A DNA stretch of 64,000 nucleotides. It comes from Clostridiales bacterium. GTDB taxonomy: Bacteria > Bacillota > Clostridia > Saccharofermentanales > Saccharofermentanaceae. This document shows positions 8,240 through 18,081 of this stretch, piece by piece (position 1 is the stretch's first letter; every line of letters starts with the position of its first letter). The DNA is taken from assembly GCA_017552455.1 (NCBI GenBank), contig JAFZPX010000027.1, forward strand, positions 59,486 to 123,485, written 5' to 3'. Below the pieces are notes generated by a model. The model worked only from the letters and a program-made list of their open reading frames with translations. It ran no database searches and was not told where the DNA came from. A program made the position numbers and the translations under genes.

Positions 8240-9991
8240 CATATTCATGTACTTTTCAAGATATGCCTTGTAGAGCGCCTCGCTCTCAGCATCCTTACGC
8301 TGTTTGAAGTCGTGCATGTAAGTGTCCGCACTCTGCACTGTCTTAAAGCGGTAAACGATAGCCGCGATATTCATGCTGTGGTCAGCGATTCGTCCGCAGC
8401 TGTAAAGGATGTCGTTGAAGACGAAGCCGTGATTAGGTGTGCATACGCCGCTCGACAAACGCTCTACGTGATTTGCCTTGAACTCATCACACATCTCGCT
8501 GATTACGATACGAAGAGGACCGATCTCCTTGGCAAGGTTAGCATCCTCATTCTGATAGCACTCTATTGTCTTAGTGTAGACTTCCTTAACGGCACTTATG
8601 AGCTTCTTAACTTCCAGATTAGCATCCGGTGAGAAGACAATCTGTTTTCTCATGATCTCTTCGGAAGAGTTCGCCATATAGGAAGCGTGGTCTGCGATTC
8701 GCTCGAATTCACCGACAGCCTGAAGCATTCTCGAAGCCTTGTTCTTATCCACTTCAGAGAGGTGATGCGTAGTCGTCAGCTTCATAAGGAACGAACCGAT
8801 AAGGTCCTCATAGTTATCGACCTTCTCTTCGTTGTTCTTGATAAACTCGAAGTCTTCATCGTTATAACCGTTAAGAAGCATGTCCGTTGCTCTGTCGAGA
8901 CCGTACAGTGCCTTACGAACCATCTTAGCCATGGAGTTACCGCACTCGGCAACAGCGATGGAAGGCGTGGTCATGAGACGTTCATCGAGCTTGAACTCAG
9001 ATTCCTCGTCAGACTCCTTAACCACAATGTGAGCAAGCTTAACGAGCTGCTTTCTGAACGGGAACAGAAGAATCGTATTACCGATATTGAAGATGGAGTG
9101 GAATGCAGCGATACCGACTATACCCGCTGTCTTATCCATAAAAGCGAAGTCCATGATCGCGTTAAGAGAATAGAAGATAATGAGCCAGAAAGCTGTACCG
9201 ATGAGCTTGATCGCCACATGGATAGCTGTAACTCGCTTAGCGTCTCTGTTAACTCCGATGGATGAGAGAACGGCTGTGGCACAAGTACCAATGTTAGCAC
9301 CCATGATGATCGGGATGGCCATGCCGTATGTGATGCTGCCTGTAAGGGATAAGGACTGCAGGATACCGATGGATGCTGCAGAACTCTGGATGACGCCTGT
9401 AACGAGCGCACCGGCAAGAACACCAAGCAGCGGGTTCTCGAATGCTGTAAGGACTTTTACAAAGGAAGGCGAATCCTTGAGGGGTGCCATGGAAGAGCTC
9501 ATCATGGTCATTCCCTGCATCAGGATACCGAAGCCTACGAGCATCATGCCGATGTCCTTACGTCTTTGCTTCTTCGAGCCCATGATCATGATCACGCCGA
9601 TCAGAGCAACTACGAGTGAGAAGCACTTAGGCTCAAGAAGCTTCAGGAAGACATTGCCTTCACTGTTGATACCTGACAAGGACAGGATCCATGCCGTAAG
9701 CGTTGTTCCGATGTCTGAACCGAAGATAACGCTTACCGTGGAAGCAAGCTCCATGATTCCGGAGTTAACAAAACCGACCAGCATGACGGTCATAGCCGAC
9801 GATGACTGGATGGCAATAGTGATCAATACACCGATCAGAAGTCCCTTATAGGGATTATCAGTAGCTTTCTTGAGAAGTTTCTCAAGCTTACCTCCCGCAG
9901 TCTTCTTCAAAGACTCGGAAAGAAGATGCATTCCGTACAGGAAAAAGGCTAATCCGCCAAACAACGTAATAAAAGAAAATATATCCATCAT
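8231..9991 (-). CDS. Na+/Pi cotransporter family protein with PhoU-like C-terminal domains
   Basis: Two QSSS/QSSA...G(S/A)xIGT repeats and C-terminal ERIADH / GRIADH PhoU motifs. Confidence 0.92.
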   Translation of the reverse strand: MMDIFSFITLFGGLAFFLYGMHLLSESLKKTAGGKLEKLLKKATDNPYKGLLIGVLITIAIQSSSAMTVMLVGFVNSGIMELASTVSVIFGSDIGTTLTAWILSLSGINSEGNVFLKLLEPKCFSLVVALIGVIMIMGSKKQRRKDIGMMLVGFGILMQGMTMMSSSMAPLKDSPSFVKVLTAFENPLLGVLAGALVTGVIQSSAASIGILQSLSLTGSITYGMAIPIIMGANIGTCATAVLSSIGVNRDAKRVTAIHVAIKLIGTAFWLIIFYSLNAIMDFAFMDKTAGIVGIAAFHSIFNIGNTILLFPFRKQLVKLAHIVVKESDEESEFKLDERLMTTPSIAVAECGNSMAKMVRKALYGLDRATDMLLNGYNDEDFEFIKNNEEKVDNYEDLIGSFLMKLTTTHHLSEVDKNKASRMLQAVGEFERIADHASYMANSSEEIMRKQIVFSPDANLEVKKLISAVKEVYTKTIECYQNEDANLAKEIGPLRIVISEMCDEFKANHVERLSSGVCTPNHGFVFNDILYSCGRIADHSMNIAAIVYRFKTVQSADTYMHDFKQRKDAESEALYKAYLEKYMNMEA

Positions 9992-10148
9992 TTACACCAT
10001 TACACCAATTATAATGTCGCGATTATCATTTGTAAAACAAAGATTTCTTGACATATAGACGCATATCTATATTACCGATTTGTGGCAATTACACGGCAGT
10101 TTACGGCATTTTATAGACATACGTTGTCTTTGTTATAGAATGGTCACT

Positions 10149-10568
10149 ATGGTTACGTTAATTTACAAGATTATCGAGATCATCACATATATCCACGAGA
10201 TGATCCTGACATGGAATGATAACTACGAATATAACTTTTCAGATAAGCAGCTCCACTTTCTGGTGGTAGGCGTTCTTGGCATGGGAATGCTGTTTGTGAT
10301 ACACCCTATCTTCAAATTCCTCGCAGAGAAGAAGATGACATTAGCTATCTCATGGATATACGTCGTAACACTTCTTGTAGTTATGACCTTCGCGATCGAG
10401 ATTGGCCAGAGGTATACCAAGACAGGTTATATGGATTTCCGTGACGTCATCTACGGAATGGGCGGATTCTTTCTTATGTTCGCGGTATTCTTCGTGATAC
10501 GCATAATAATTATGCTTATCATTAAACTGTTCAAGGACGACGAGCCGTCATCTTCATCGGTTCAGTAA
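10149..10568 (+). CDS. VanZ-like small membrane protein
   Basis: DKxxHF, ExxQ...TGxxDxxD pattern and three TM segments. Start 10140 or 10149 is uncertain. Confidence 0.65.
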   Translation: MVTLIYKIIEIITYIHEMILTWNDNYEYNFSDKQLHFLVVGVLGMGMLFVIHPIFKFLAEKKMTLAISWIYVVTLLVVMTFAIEIGQRYTKTGYMDFRDVIYGMGGFFLMFAVFFVIRIIIMLIIKLFKDDEPSSSSVQ

Positions 10569-10571
10569 TTC

Positions 10572-11354
10572 TCAGAAGGAAGCAGCCTCGCGCACCTTAT
10601 CGGCAGCATCAACAAAAGCCTTTGCAACAACAGGGTCGAAATGCGTGCCTGCGTCCTTCTTGATTACGTTCATGGCCTCTTCGAATGTGAATGAAGGCTT
10701 ATAGCAACGTACTGACACAAGAGCATCAAAGACATCTGCTACTGCCATGATTCGCGCAGACAAAGGAATATCCTCGCCCGACAGGCCTTCAGGGTAGCCC
10801 TTGCCATCCCATCTTTCATGATGGCAGGAAGCCATATATCTTGCTTCGTTAAGGCAGCCGCTCTTCTCTCTTCCGACACGCTTTATTACATCATCTATGA
10901 TCTTGTCGCCCTCGACTGTATGCGTCTTCATGATCTCGAACTCTTCGTCTGTGAGCTTACCGGGCTTATTAAGTATCGCATCGGGGATCATGATCTTGCC
11001 GATATCGTGAAGGGGTGCGGCGGCAATCACATCTGCCTTAAAGGCATCTGTCATCCTCTGCGCATAAGGATTGCCTTCCTCACTTAATCCTTCAACGATG
11101 ATACGGACAAGACTAACTGTATTCTTGATGTTCTCACCTGTAGATTCATCGCACTTCTGAACGAATGTCTCCAGGATATCGCTCTCGGTCTGAGTCCCGG
11201 ATGAATACTCTCCGGATTCAAGGACCAACTGTTTGATCTTCTCGACGATCTCACCTCGTATGCTCTCGCTGTCATAATCTTTGACAGTGGCAGCAAGTGA
11301 TGCCTCTTTTTCTTCTTTCTTACCAGGCAATATCTTCTTAAGATCAAACTTCAT
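10572..11354 (-). CDS. Stand-alone HD-GYP domain protein
   Basis: LHDIGK, HHERWDGKGYP and ADVFDAL...R.YK motifs. GAGGTG SD before ATG 11354. Confidence 0.88.
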   Translation of the reverse strand: MKFDLKKILPGKKEEKEASLAATVKDYDSESIRGEIVEKIKQLVLESGEYSSGTQTESDILETFVQKCDESTGENIKNTVSLVRIIVEGLSEEGNPYAQRMTDAFKADVIAAAPLHDIGKIMIPDAILNKPGKLTDEEFEIMKTHTVEGDKIIDDVIKRVGREKSGCLNEARYMASCHHERWDGKGYPEGLSGEDIPLSARIMAVADVFDALVSVRCYKPSFTFEEAMNVIKKDAGTHFDPVVAKAFVDAADKVREAASF

Positions 11355-11373
11355 AAGCACCTCTAAAGAACCA

Positions 11374-12720
11374 TTACTCGTAACCCTTGCGTACGCTGTC
11401 CTCATCCTCTTCATGGCTGGATCTGCAGTCGTCATGTGTTGTTGAACCGTAATCCTGTGAAGGATAGCTTGCCTGAGGATAGTCAGCATTCGGATAATCA
11501 GCCTTAGGATACTCTGCTGTCATGGTAGGACCATTTTTCTTCTTAGCCTTAAAAGCCTTAAGGATACCGAAGATTGATACTCCTACGATAGCCTCCCAAA
11601 GGATACCGAATACCAGCATAAATCCGCCGCCGCCAACTCCCTGCGACAGAATCAATGCTACACCGGTGATTATCATAAAGAAGCCTACAAGCAGGAAAGG
11701 AACCATGAACAGTATAGTTATGATTCTTAAAACAACTGAAGCAGTTCCGCTGATCTCAGCAGGCATTCCGGCAGTTGCATTAGCTGCGGCACCGGCAAAA
11801 GACTGTGAACCGGAAGAACCAAACGACGAAACATAAGCTCCGTCCTCTTCAGTAAGAGGAACTTCCTCGAACTGAACCCCTCTGTCCTTGATCATATTCT
11901 TAATGATGACAACGATAAATACCAGGATGAACAATCCGATAAATATTACCGGCATCAAAGAACCGATCGAGGGTCCTCTCTTAGATACTACTTTTTCCGT
12001 CTTATCAGAAAGAATCTCGAATGCGTTAGTGATAGCCTCGCCGGGTTCCTGACCTGCCTCGAAGTTAGTATACAGGGTCTGATACATGGATTCTTCCATG
12101 TTTTCAGAGATGATACTGTCTGTCTCATCGCCCATCATGATCTCATATGCATAGTCAGGAATGTCGATGCTGCCATTCTGTACGCCTTCAACTTCATCCT
12201 GGGGAATAGCATAGATAAGCAGATAGTGCTGCTCATCCTCCCACTCGCTTACATACTTAACGAATGCGAAGCTCTCGAGGTCGACATACTCGCCCTCGTA
12301 TTCCTCCATAACTGTCGTATAAACGATCGGGCAGATACCCGTGTTCTCCTGCATCTGATCAAGAACGTCCTCGAGTTCATCTTCATTATCGAGCACATCG
12401 ATAGTGTCATAGACATAATGAGAGGGATTATCGTATACAGGATTGAGGGGCTTGGGAACAGACTTTGATACTGACAAGCCTGCGATACCTACAAACATGC
12501 CTCCGAACAGAAGCATAAAGATAAGGCTGCTTATGCCGGTCTTCTGCGGTCTGCCGTTAGAGTAGAAGTATTCATCCGGTCTGCCGTCGTTATAATAACG
12601 TCTGTATCTTCTTGCGCCGGGAAAATAATGATGGGAAGTTCTGTGTGAGCTTCCGTGTGATCCGTGAGATCCGCCATGGGATCCACCGCCGTGTGATCCG
12701 CCTCCTCCACTGTGTGGCAT
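11374..12720 (-). CDS. Membrane protein with TPM-like extracytoplasmic domain, Gly/His-rich N-terminus and AxYP repeats
   Basis: YVYDTIDVL...TGICPIVYT resembles the TPM fold. Four TM segments. GGAGG SD. Confidence 0.6.
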   Translation of the reverse strand: MPHSGGGGSHGGGSHGGSHGSHGSSHRTSHHYFPGARRYRRYYNDGRPDEYFYSNGRPQKTGISSLIFMLLFGGMFVGIAGLSVSKSVPKPLNPVYDNPSHYVYDTIDVLDNEDELEDVLDQMQENTGICPIVYTTVMEEYEGEYVDLESFAFVKYVSEWEDEQHYLLIYAIPQDEVEGVQNGSIDIPDYAYEIMMGDETDSIISENMEESMYQTLYTNFEAGQEPGEAITNAFEILSDKTEKVVSKRGPSIGSLMPVIFIGLFILVFIVVIIKNMIKDRGVQFEEVPLTEEDGAYVSSFGSSGSQSFAGAAANATAGMPAEISGTASVVLRIITILFMVPFLLVGFFMIITGVALILSQGVGGGGFMLVFGILWEAIVGVSIFGILKAFKAKKKNGPTMTAEYPKADYPNADYPQASYPSQDYGSTTHDDCRSSHEEDEDSVRKGYE

Positions 12721-12807
12721 AAACAAATCCTCCTTTTCCTTATTCCGTGATTAATATACCACAAAGGAACATACCTTAGATAAAAGGAAGCCCGAATTAT
12801 ACTTTTC

Positions 12808-13395
12808 TTAACCCTTACGTAAAGCAAGCAACCACGCCGTAATATGGACCGCCTGCTGGAATTTTCCATCCTTAATAAGCTGCTCTATCTCATCCGGCGT
12901 ATGCTTAACCACCTCAACGTATTCGGTATCATCAAGATCCTGCTCCGACACCCTGCGGCAGTTCTTTGCCATATACAGATGTCCGTAGTTATCCGAGATT
13001 GTCGCATTAGAGGGAACCGTCAGAAGGCGCTCCCACTCATCAGACTCGTAACCCGTCTCCTCACGAAGCTCTCTTCTTGCTGCATCCAGAGCATCCTCGG
13101 CATTGATATCCTTATCTCCGCCATACTCCTTGCCGTCAGTCCTCTCGATGCCTCCCGCAGGAAACTCCGTCGTGACCTCGCGCAGTCCGTGTCTGTACTG
13201 CCTTACACAGATAAGATTTCCCTCCTCGTCGAAAGGAACAATTACAACATAATCCCTGCGGCTGTAGCTGTAGTACGGCTCGTACTCGCTTCCGTCAGGA
13301 AACCTGTACCTGCTGCTTCGAAAATCTATCCACTCGTTCTTAATCAAGTGCTCCGTCTTAAGCTCTTCCCACTCGAGCGGGTCCTTCGCACTCAT
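12808..13395 (-). CDS. NUDIX hydrolase (ADP-ribose pyrophosphatase-like)
   Basis: VRQYRH...EFPAGG...AARRELREETGY Nudix box carrying an insertion. Confidence 0.9.
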   Translation of the reverse strand: MSAKDPLEWEELKTEHLIKNEWIDFRSSRYRFPDGSEYEPYYSYSRRDYVVIVPFDEEGNLICVRQYRHGLREVTTEFPAGGIERTDGKEYGGDKDINAEDALDAARRELREETGYESDEWERLLTVPSNATISDNYGHLYMAKNCRRVSEQDLDDTEYVEVVKHTPDEIEQLIKDGKFQQAVHITAWLLALRKG

Positions 13396-13396
13396 C

Positions 13397-14506
13397 TCAC
13401 ACCTCCGAGAAATCGGCGTCCATAGCCGCTTCTATATCGTAGTCCGGGAAGGCGTCCTTCACAGCTGCAACAGCACCGTTGCACACTTCACGTCTGGAGG
13501 GAGCGTCAAAGCTTACGACTACGTCGAATCTCATCTGCTTTTCGAGCTTATTTATGTAGAAGCCGTGCACGCCTCTTACAAATTCACGGCCCGCAATGAT
13601 CTCTTTGATCTTCTGCCTCATGGCCATTATCTCTTCATCGTGAGAATTAATGGAATAAACACTTACTGCCGTAAGCAGAACGCGATGCTTCTCGAAGACT
13701 GATGCCTGAATCTTACGTGTAAGTGTATCGAGTTCATCGGCAGTCATCGTATCATCGACCTCAACATGAACAGAACCCTGCCATGTATCAGGTCCATAGT
13801 TGTGAAGGATCAGATCGTAAGCGCCATAGACTTCCGGGAATTCTCTGATAGTAGCCTTAATCTCCTGCGTGAACTTGGGATCATTCGGCTCGCCGAGGAT
13901 TCTTGATACAGTCTCACGAAGCATCTCTACTCCTGACTTAATGATAACGAGCGATATGATCGCACCGAGCCATGCTTCAAGTGATACACCAAACAGGATA
14001 AATATACCTGCAGCTACAAGAGTCGAAGCGGAGATGATCGAATCCAAAGTCGCATCTTCACCGGAGTTAACCAGGGAATCTGAATTGACCTTAACGCCGA
14101 CATTCTTAACATATCGACCGAGAACTATCTTTACTACAACCGCGACACCGACGATGATCAGAGCTGCCGCATTATACTCAGGAAGTTCCGGATGAATGAT
14201 CTTCTTAACTGACTCAGTAAATGAAGTTACACCTGCATAGAGAACGATACCGGAAATCAACATCGCACTTAAGTACTCGATGCGCCCGTAACCGAAAGGA
14301 TGCTTCTTATCTGCATCCTTACCTGCGAGCTTGGTTCCGATGATAGTAATAAGAGAACTGCCTGCATCGGAAATGTTATTAACAGCATCCAGTATGATCG
14401 CTATGGAATTGGTCATGAGACCTACTGCTGCCTTGAACGCTGCCAGAAAAACATTGGCAACGATTCCAATAATTCCTGTCTTTACTATTACCTTCTCGCG
14501 ATTCAT
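13397..14506 (-). CDS. Cation diffusion facilitator (CDF) transporter
   Basis: DAVNNISD, DKKHPFGYGRIEY and HNYGP dimerisation domain. Confidence 0.92.
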   Translation of the reverse strand: MNREKVIVKTGIIGIVANVFLAAFKAAVGLMTNSIAIILDAVNNISDAGSSLITIIGTKLAGKDADKKHPFGYGRIEYLSAMLISGIVLYAGVTSFTESVKKIIHPELPEYNAAALIIVGVAVVVKIVLGRYVKNVGVKVNSDSLVNSGEDATLDSIISASTLVAAGIFILFGVSLEAWLGAIISLVIIKSGVEMLRETVSRILGEPNDPKFTQEIKATIREFPEVYGAYDLILHNYGPDTWQGSVHVEVDDTMTADELDTLTRKIQASVFEKHRVLLTAVSVYSINSHDEEIMAMRQKIKEIIAGREFVRGVHGFYINKLEKQMRFDVVVSFDAPSRREVCNGAVAAVKDAFPDYDIEAAMDADFSEV

Positions 14507-16218
14507 TCTTCCTTAAGCGAATAATACCTTTCAAGTCTTGGGCGGGCATTCTCATAAGCTTTCCTAAGCTTGGGGTCAAACTGAGTGCCCATCCCCTCAA
14601 GAATTATATTATTTGCTCGGTCAAAATCAAAAGCCTCTTTATAAACGCGCTTACTTACCAAGGCATCGTAAACGTCAGCGATAGCCATGATCCTTGCTTC
14701 GAGAGGGATATCATCACCTTTAAGCTTCTCAGGGTAACCCGAACCGTCGTAACGCTCGTGATGATAATGAGCTACATTCTCGGCGATAACCTTAAACTGT
14801 TCATCATCGGTATGAAGAAGGATCTCGTGGATAACACGCGCACCCTCTGCAGAATGCTTCTTCATCTCCTCATACTCTGCATCTGTAAATCGTCCGGGCT
14901 TTCTTAATACCGCATCATCGACCGCGATCTTACCTAAGTCGTGCATTGGAGCTGCCTTGATAACGTTCTTACAGAACTCAGGCGTCAGATCCAGTTCACC
15001 CTCTTTATTTATCTCATCTACCAGGATACGAACGCCCTCACTTGTCCTCTTGATGTGACCGCCCGTGGAATTGTCACGGCTTTCAACCATCATTGCAAGA
15101 CTCATGATCAGGTTATCGTGCATATCAATGATATGCTTTGTCTTCTTCTCTACCTCGAGTCTTAAGTCCTCGTTAAAGGTATCGAGAAGCTGGATGTACT
15201 TCCTGTTCTCTGTATCATCATTGAATGTGATGATATATCCCCTTTTCCTTAAGCCGTCATAGAGATAATTAACGTTAACGGCATAGTATCTGTCGTTGTC
15301 GTGGTTGTCCTCATCATGTACGGTCAGAATACCGGTGTTGTTGGACGGATCCTGCTTAAAAGCCTCGAGGAAATGTCTGATCTTACGTTCGGAGGACTTA
15401 TAGCCGAACGCCTCATCTACGGCAACGTCATTAAGTTCGGGAACGATCTTCCTTGCGACCGCATTACTTCCGAGATAGCGGTTCTTGAAGTCGAAAGATA
15501 TATATCCGATCTCCTCTTCCTGCACCATCGAATCGATAACGGTATCTCCGACATCGTAAAGATTAACTCTGTATGCAATGAGAAGATACATGACCTGCGC
15601 CATGCAGTAGCCTACGGAAACAAATTCGATATCCGTACCGTAGATATTACGCAGGACCGTATAACCCAATACGCAGATCACATCGGGAATTACAAGCAGA
15701 AGCAGGATCTGTCTCGGAACGTCTTTCTTGTTAAACCAGGAATACAGCAGTGTTATGATACCGACCAGGAAAAGGGTCGCCACAACGATAAAGAATACCG
15801 TATGCATAAAGCCGTACTCTCTTACGATAACTGCCCTTCCGTCCTTGATATCCAAAGAAACATTCTTATAGAAGAAGTCTTTCTTCCCTATGGTCAGAAC
15901 TGACGCATATAAAGCGGCGCAGACGGCAAACAAAGCCACCCGCACCCACTTCGGAACATTTATCTTACAAAGATTGAATATACTCATCAGCACAAACAGC
16001 TGCAGGAAGCTGCCGCCGATGTAGATAATCTGCTGGGCCCTTATCGCTCCGTCGAGAGTGACAGCAACGGAGGAAAGGTAATAGCCGAGGCAGGCCACCG
16101 GCACCAGTGTGAAGATCATCGTGAAGTTCACATCAAAGTGCTTATGCCAGATGTATACATATACGCCTGCAAGAAGCAAAGACAGTATGAATGTTGCTTC
16201 GTAAAATACCTCTAACAA
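14503..16218 (-). CDS. 7TM (HisKA_7TM-like) sensor HD-GYP phosphodiesterase
   Basis: About seven N-terminal TM helices, a PAS-like middle, then RDNSTGGHIKR, HDLGK and HHERYDGSGYP. Confidence 0.85.
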   Translation of the reverse strand: MLEVFYEATFILSLLLAGVYVYIWHKHFDVNFTMIFTLVPVACLGYYLSSVAVTLDGAIRAQQIIYIGGSFLQLFVLMSIFNLCKINVPKWVRVALFAVCAALYASVLTIGKKDFFYKNVSLDIKDGRAVIVREYGFMHTVFFIVVATLFLVGIITLLYSWFNKKDVPRQILLLLVIPDVICVLGYTVLRNIYGTDIEFVSVGYCMAQVMYLLIAYRVNLYDVGDTVIDSMVQEEEIGYISFDFKNRYLGSNAVARKIVPELNDVAVDEAFGYKSSERKIRHFLEAFKQDPSNNTGILTVHDEDNHDNDRYYAVNVNYLYDGLRKRGYIITFNDDTENRKYIQLLDTFNEDLRLEVEKKTKHIIDMHDNLIMSLAMMVESRDNSTGGHIKRTSEGVRILVDEINKEGELDLTPEFCKNVIKAAPMHDLGKIAVDDAVLRKPGRFTDAEYEEMKKHSAEGARVIHEILLHTDDEQFKVIAENVAHYHHERYDGSGYPEKLKGDDIPLEARIMAIADVYDALVSKRVYKEAFDFDRANNIILEGMGTQFDPKLRKAYENARPRLERYYSLKEE

Positions 16219-16243
16219 GGTAACCCGCCCCGTTAATTAATGC

Positions 16244-17095
16244 TTACGCAACCTCGATGTCGACATCACCTGTAGTAACACTTACACGGCACACACCGCC
16301 CTCACCGGAACGGGGATAGTCAGTGTCGCCCAGCTCAGTGTCAACATCAAACTCCTTATCCGAGAGCAAAGTCATATCAATATCGCCTGTAGTGCAGTCA
16401 ACATAGATATTAGCTGCGTCACACATATCGAAATTAATATCGCCTGTTGTAACTTCAACACTCAGATCGCCTGACGCGACTACATTGATAAAGTCAATGT
16501 CTCCCGTAACTCCATTATAAACCAGCGTACCACATTCAACATCAGTAAGATCAATATCACCTGTAGTAATATTCATCTCAATAGCATCCGTGCAATTCAA
16601 TGAGTTGATGCTGATATCGCCTGTTGTGGCATCGAGTCTTAAGTTTGTAAAAGTGAATGCCTCATCGATATAAAGATCGCCTGTCGTGGCATGAACGTAA
16701 AAGTCCTCATATACATTCTCGGGAAGATATACAGTGATCTTGGGAGATGTGGTATTGAACATAATGTTCAGACCTGCATTAACAGTGCCGTTTTCCTTCG
16801 ATGTAACGAAGAGTGTATCACCGTCAACGTAAGCATCGTGCTCGATCTCCTCGAAGTCGACACACTCGACATGACACTTGTCATCAGAAGATGTCTTGAT
16901 CAGAATATCATCCGCTATAACATCGATGTTGATGTTGCTAAAATCTTCATCAACATCAAACTCTGTTGTAACATAGGCCGTTGCATCGCTGTTTGTCCCT
17001 CTCTTTGCAAGAACGGAAATTGTGATTCCGCTGATGATCAGTCCTACAACAAGCACAACTGCCGCACCGATCGCTACTTTAGCTATCTTACTCAT
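16244..17095 (-). CDS. DUF4097 beta-strand repeat protein
   Basis: N-terminal TM and repeated TTGDI motifs. Third gene of a PadR-DUF1700 operon. Confidence 0.85.
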   Translation of the reverse strand: MSKIAKVAIGAAVVLVVGLIISGITISVLAKRGTNSDATAYVTTEFDVDEDFSNINIDVIADDILIKTSSDDKCHVECVDFEEIEHDAYVDGDTLFVTSKENGTVNAGLNIMFNTTSPKITVYLPENVYEDFYVHATTGDLYIDEAFTFTNLRLDATTGDISINSLNCTDAIEMNITTGDIDLTDVECGTLVYNGVTGDIDFINVVASGDLSVEVTTGDINFDMCDAANIYVDCTTGDIDMTLLSDKEFDVDTELGDTDYPRSGEGGVCRVSVTTGDVDIEVA

Positions 17096-17097
17096 TA

Positions 17098-17694
17098 TTA
17101 ATTCTCCTTACCTATAAACCATGACTTGATTCCCAGAAGCATCTTTCTTGTTACGAAGACAACTCCCTTTACCACATATCCGCATCCGAAGAACATAAGC
17201 ACCGACAGAGCTCCGCATACCATAAATGAACCGATCGATGCGAGACCTACCAGGGGTTCTCCGCCTATGAAAGCGACGAAGGCACTTGCAATTGATGCGA
17301 TACATGCGACTGCGAGCGACAGGTCGACCGCATAAAGCGTAATTACGATAATCCAAAGTGTCAGATACAGCGAGAAAATCACTGAAACTGCCGATATCAG
17401 AAGCGGGAACCATACAGGGAATCCCAATACGAGAAGTACGATCGCCCATACAGGCATCTTCTTCTCGGGCTTTACCTTATTCTTAACGATCTTGCTTAAG
17501 GGTATCTCCGATACGATAGTCTCAACCACCTTGTCGACCGGTCCGATCTGTTCTACCGCTTCGTCTTCAGTCATGCCGTCTTCTACACGGTCATCGATCA
17601 TCTCTGTGTAGAAAGATACTCTTTCCTCGATATCACTCTGCGGCAACCCGGATAGCTTCTTTCTAAGCTCACTTAAAAATTCTGCCTTATTCAT
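17098..17694 (-). CDS. DUF1700 membrane protein
   Basis: MNKAEFLSELRKKL...FY.EMIDD..EDG.TE.EA N-terminus followed by TM helices. Confidence 0.88.
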   Translation of the reverse strand: MNKAEFLSELRKKLSGLPQSDIEERVSFYTEMIDDRVEDGMTEDEAVEQIGPVDKVVETIVSEIPLSKIVKNKVKPEKKMPVWAIVLLVLGFPVWFPLLISAVSVIFSLYLTLWIIVITLYAVDLSLAVACIASIASAFVAFIGGEPLVGLASIGSFMVCGALSVLMFFGCGYVVKGVVFVTRKMLLGIKSWFIGKEN

Positions 17695-18007
17695 TACTAC
17701 CGTCCTCCCTGGTTATGAAGCGATAGATCGCTTCGATGTCCTTCCAGTCTTCCTTGAATTCATCGATACGAGCTATCCCCAGCTCCGTTATGTGATAATA
17801 CTTTCTAAGTCTGCCCTGGTGCTCGACCATGCGGACGGTTAGCATCTGCCCCGCCTCAAGGCGCTTAAGGATCGTATATAGTGTTGACTCGGACAATTCG
17901 AGATACGGTCTCATATCCTTAATGATCTGATACCCGTATGAATCTTCATTCTTAATGGCGGCCAATACACAAACATCAAGAAGACCGCGCTTTAACTGAA
18001 TATCCAT
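17687..18007 (-). CDS. PadR family transcriptional regulator
   Basis: LKRGLLD...YGY.I...ESTLY.ILKRLE...RKYY.IT..G. Confidence 0.92.
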   Translation of the reverse strand: MDIQLKRGLLDVCVLAAIKNEDSYGYQIIKDMRPYLELSESTLYTILKRLEAGQMLTVRMVEHQGRLRKYYHITELGIARIDEFKEDWKDIEAIYRFITREDGSNE

Positions 18008-18024
18008 GCCATACCTCCTTCCGT

Positions 18025-18077
18025 GTTATACTCCTTATTACGGTATACATCATAACGCGAAGTATAACGTGTGTCAA
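18025..18077 (-). promoter_or_regulatory. Sigma-A promoter with overlapping inverted-repeat operator (padR)
   Basis: TTGACA-17-TATGAT (18077-18049). Inverted repeat GTTATACT (18025) / AGTATAAC (18061) with a central GTATAC. Confidence 0.7.
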
Positions 18078-18081
18078 GGTA

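Noticed and set aside
16255-16700. Recurring ATCGCCTGT/ATCACCTGT motif at roughly 57-63 bp spacing, superficially CRISPR-like
   Set aside because: It encodes the in-frame TTGDI beta-repeats of DUF4097. The repeats are short and degenerate, and there are no cas genes.
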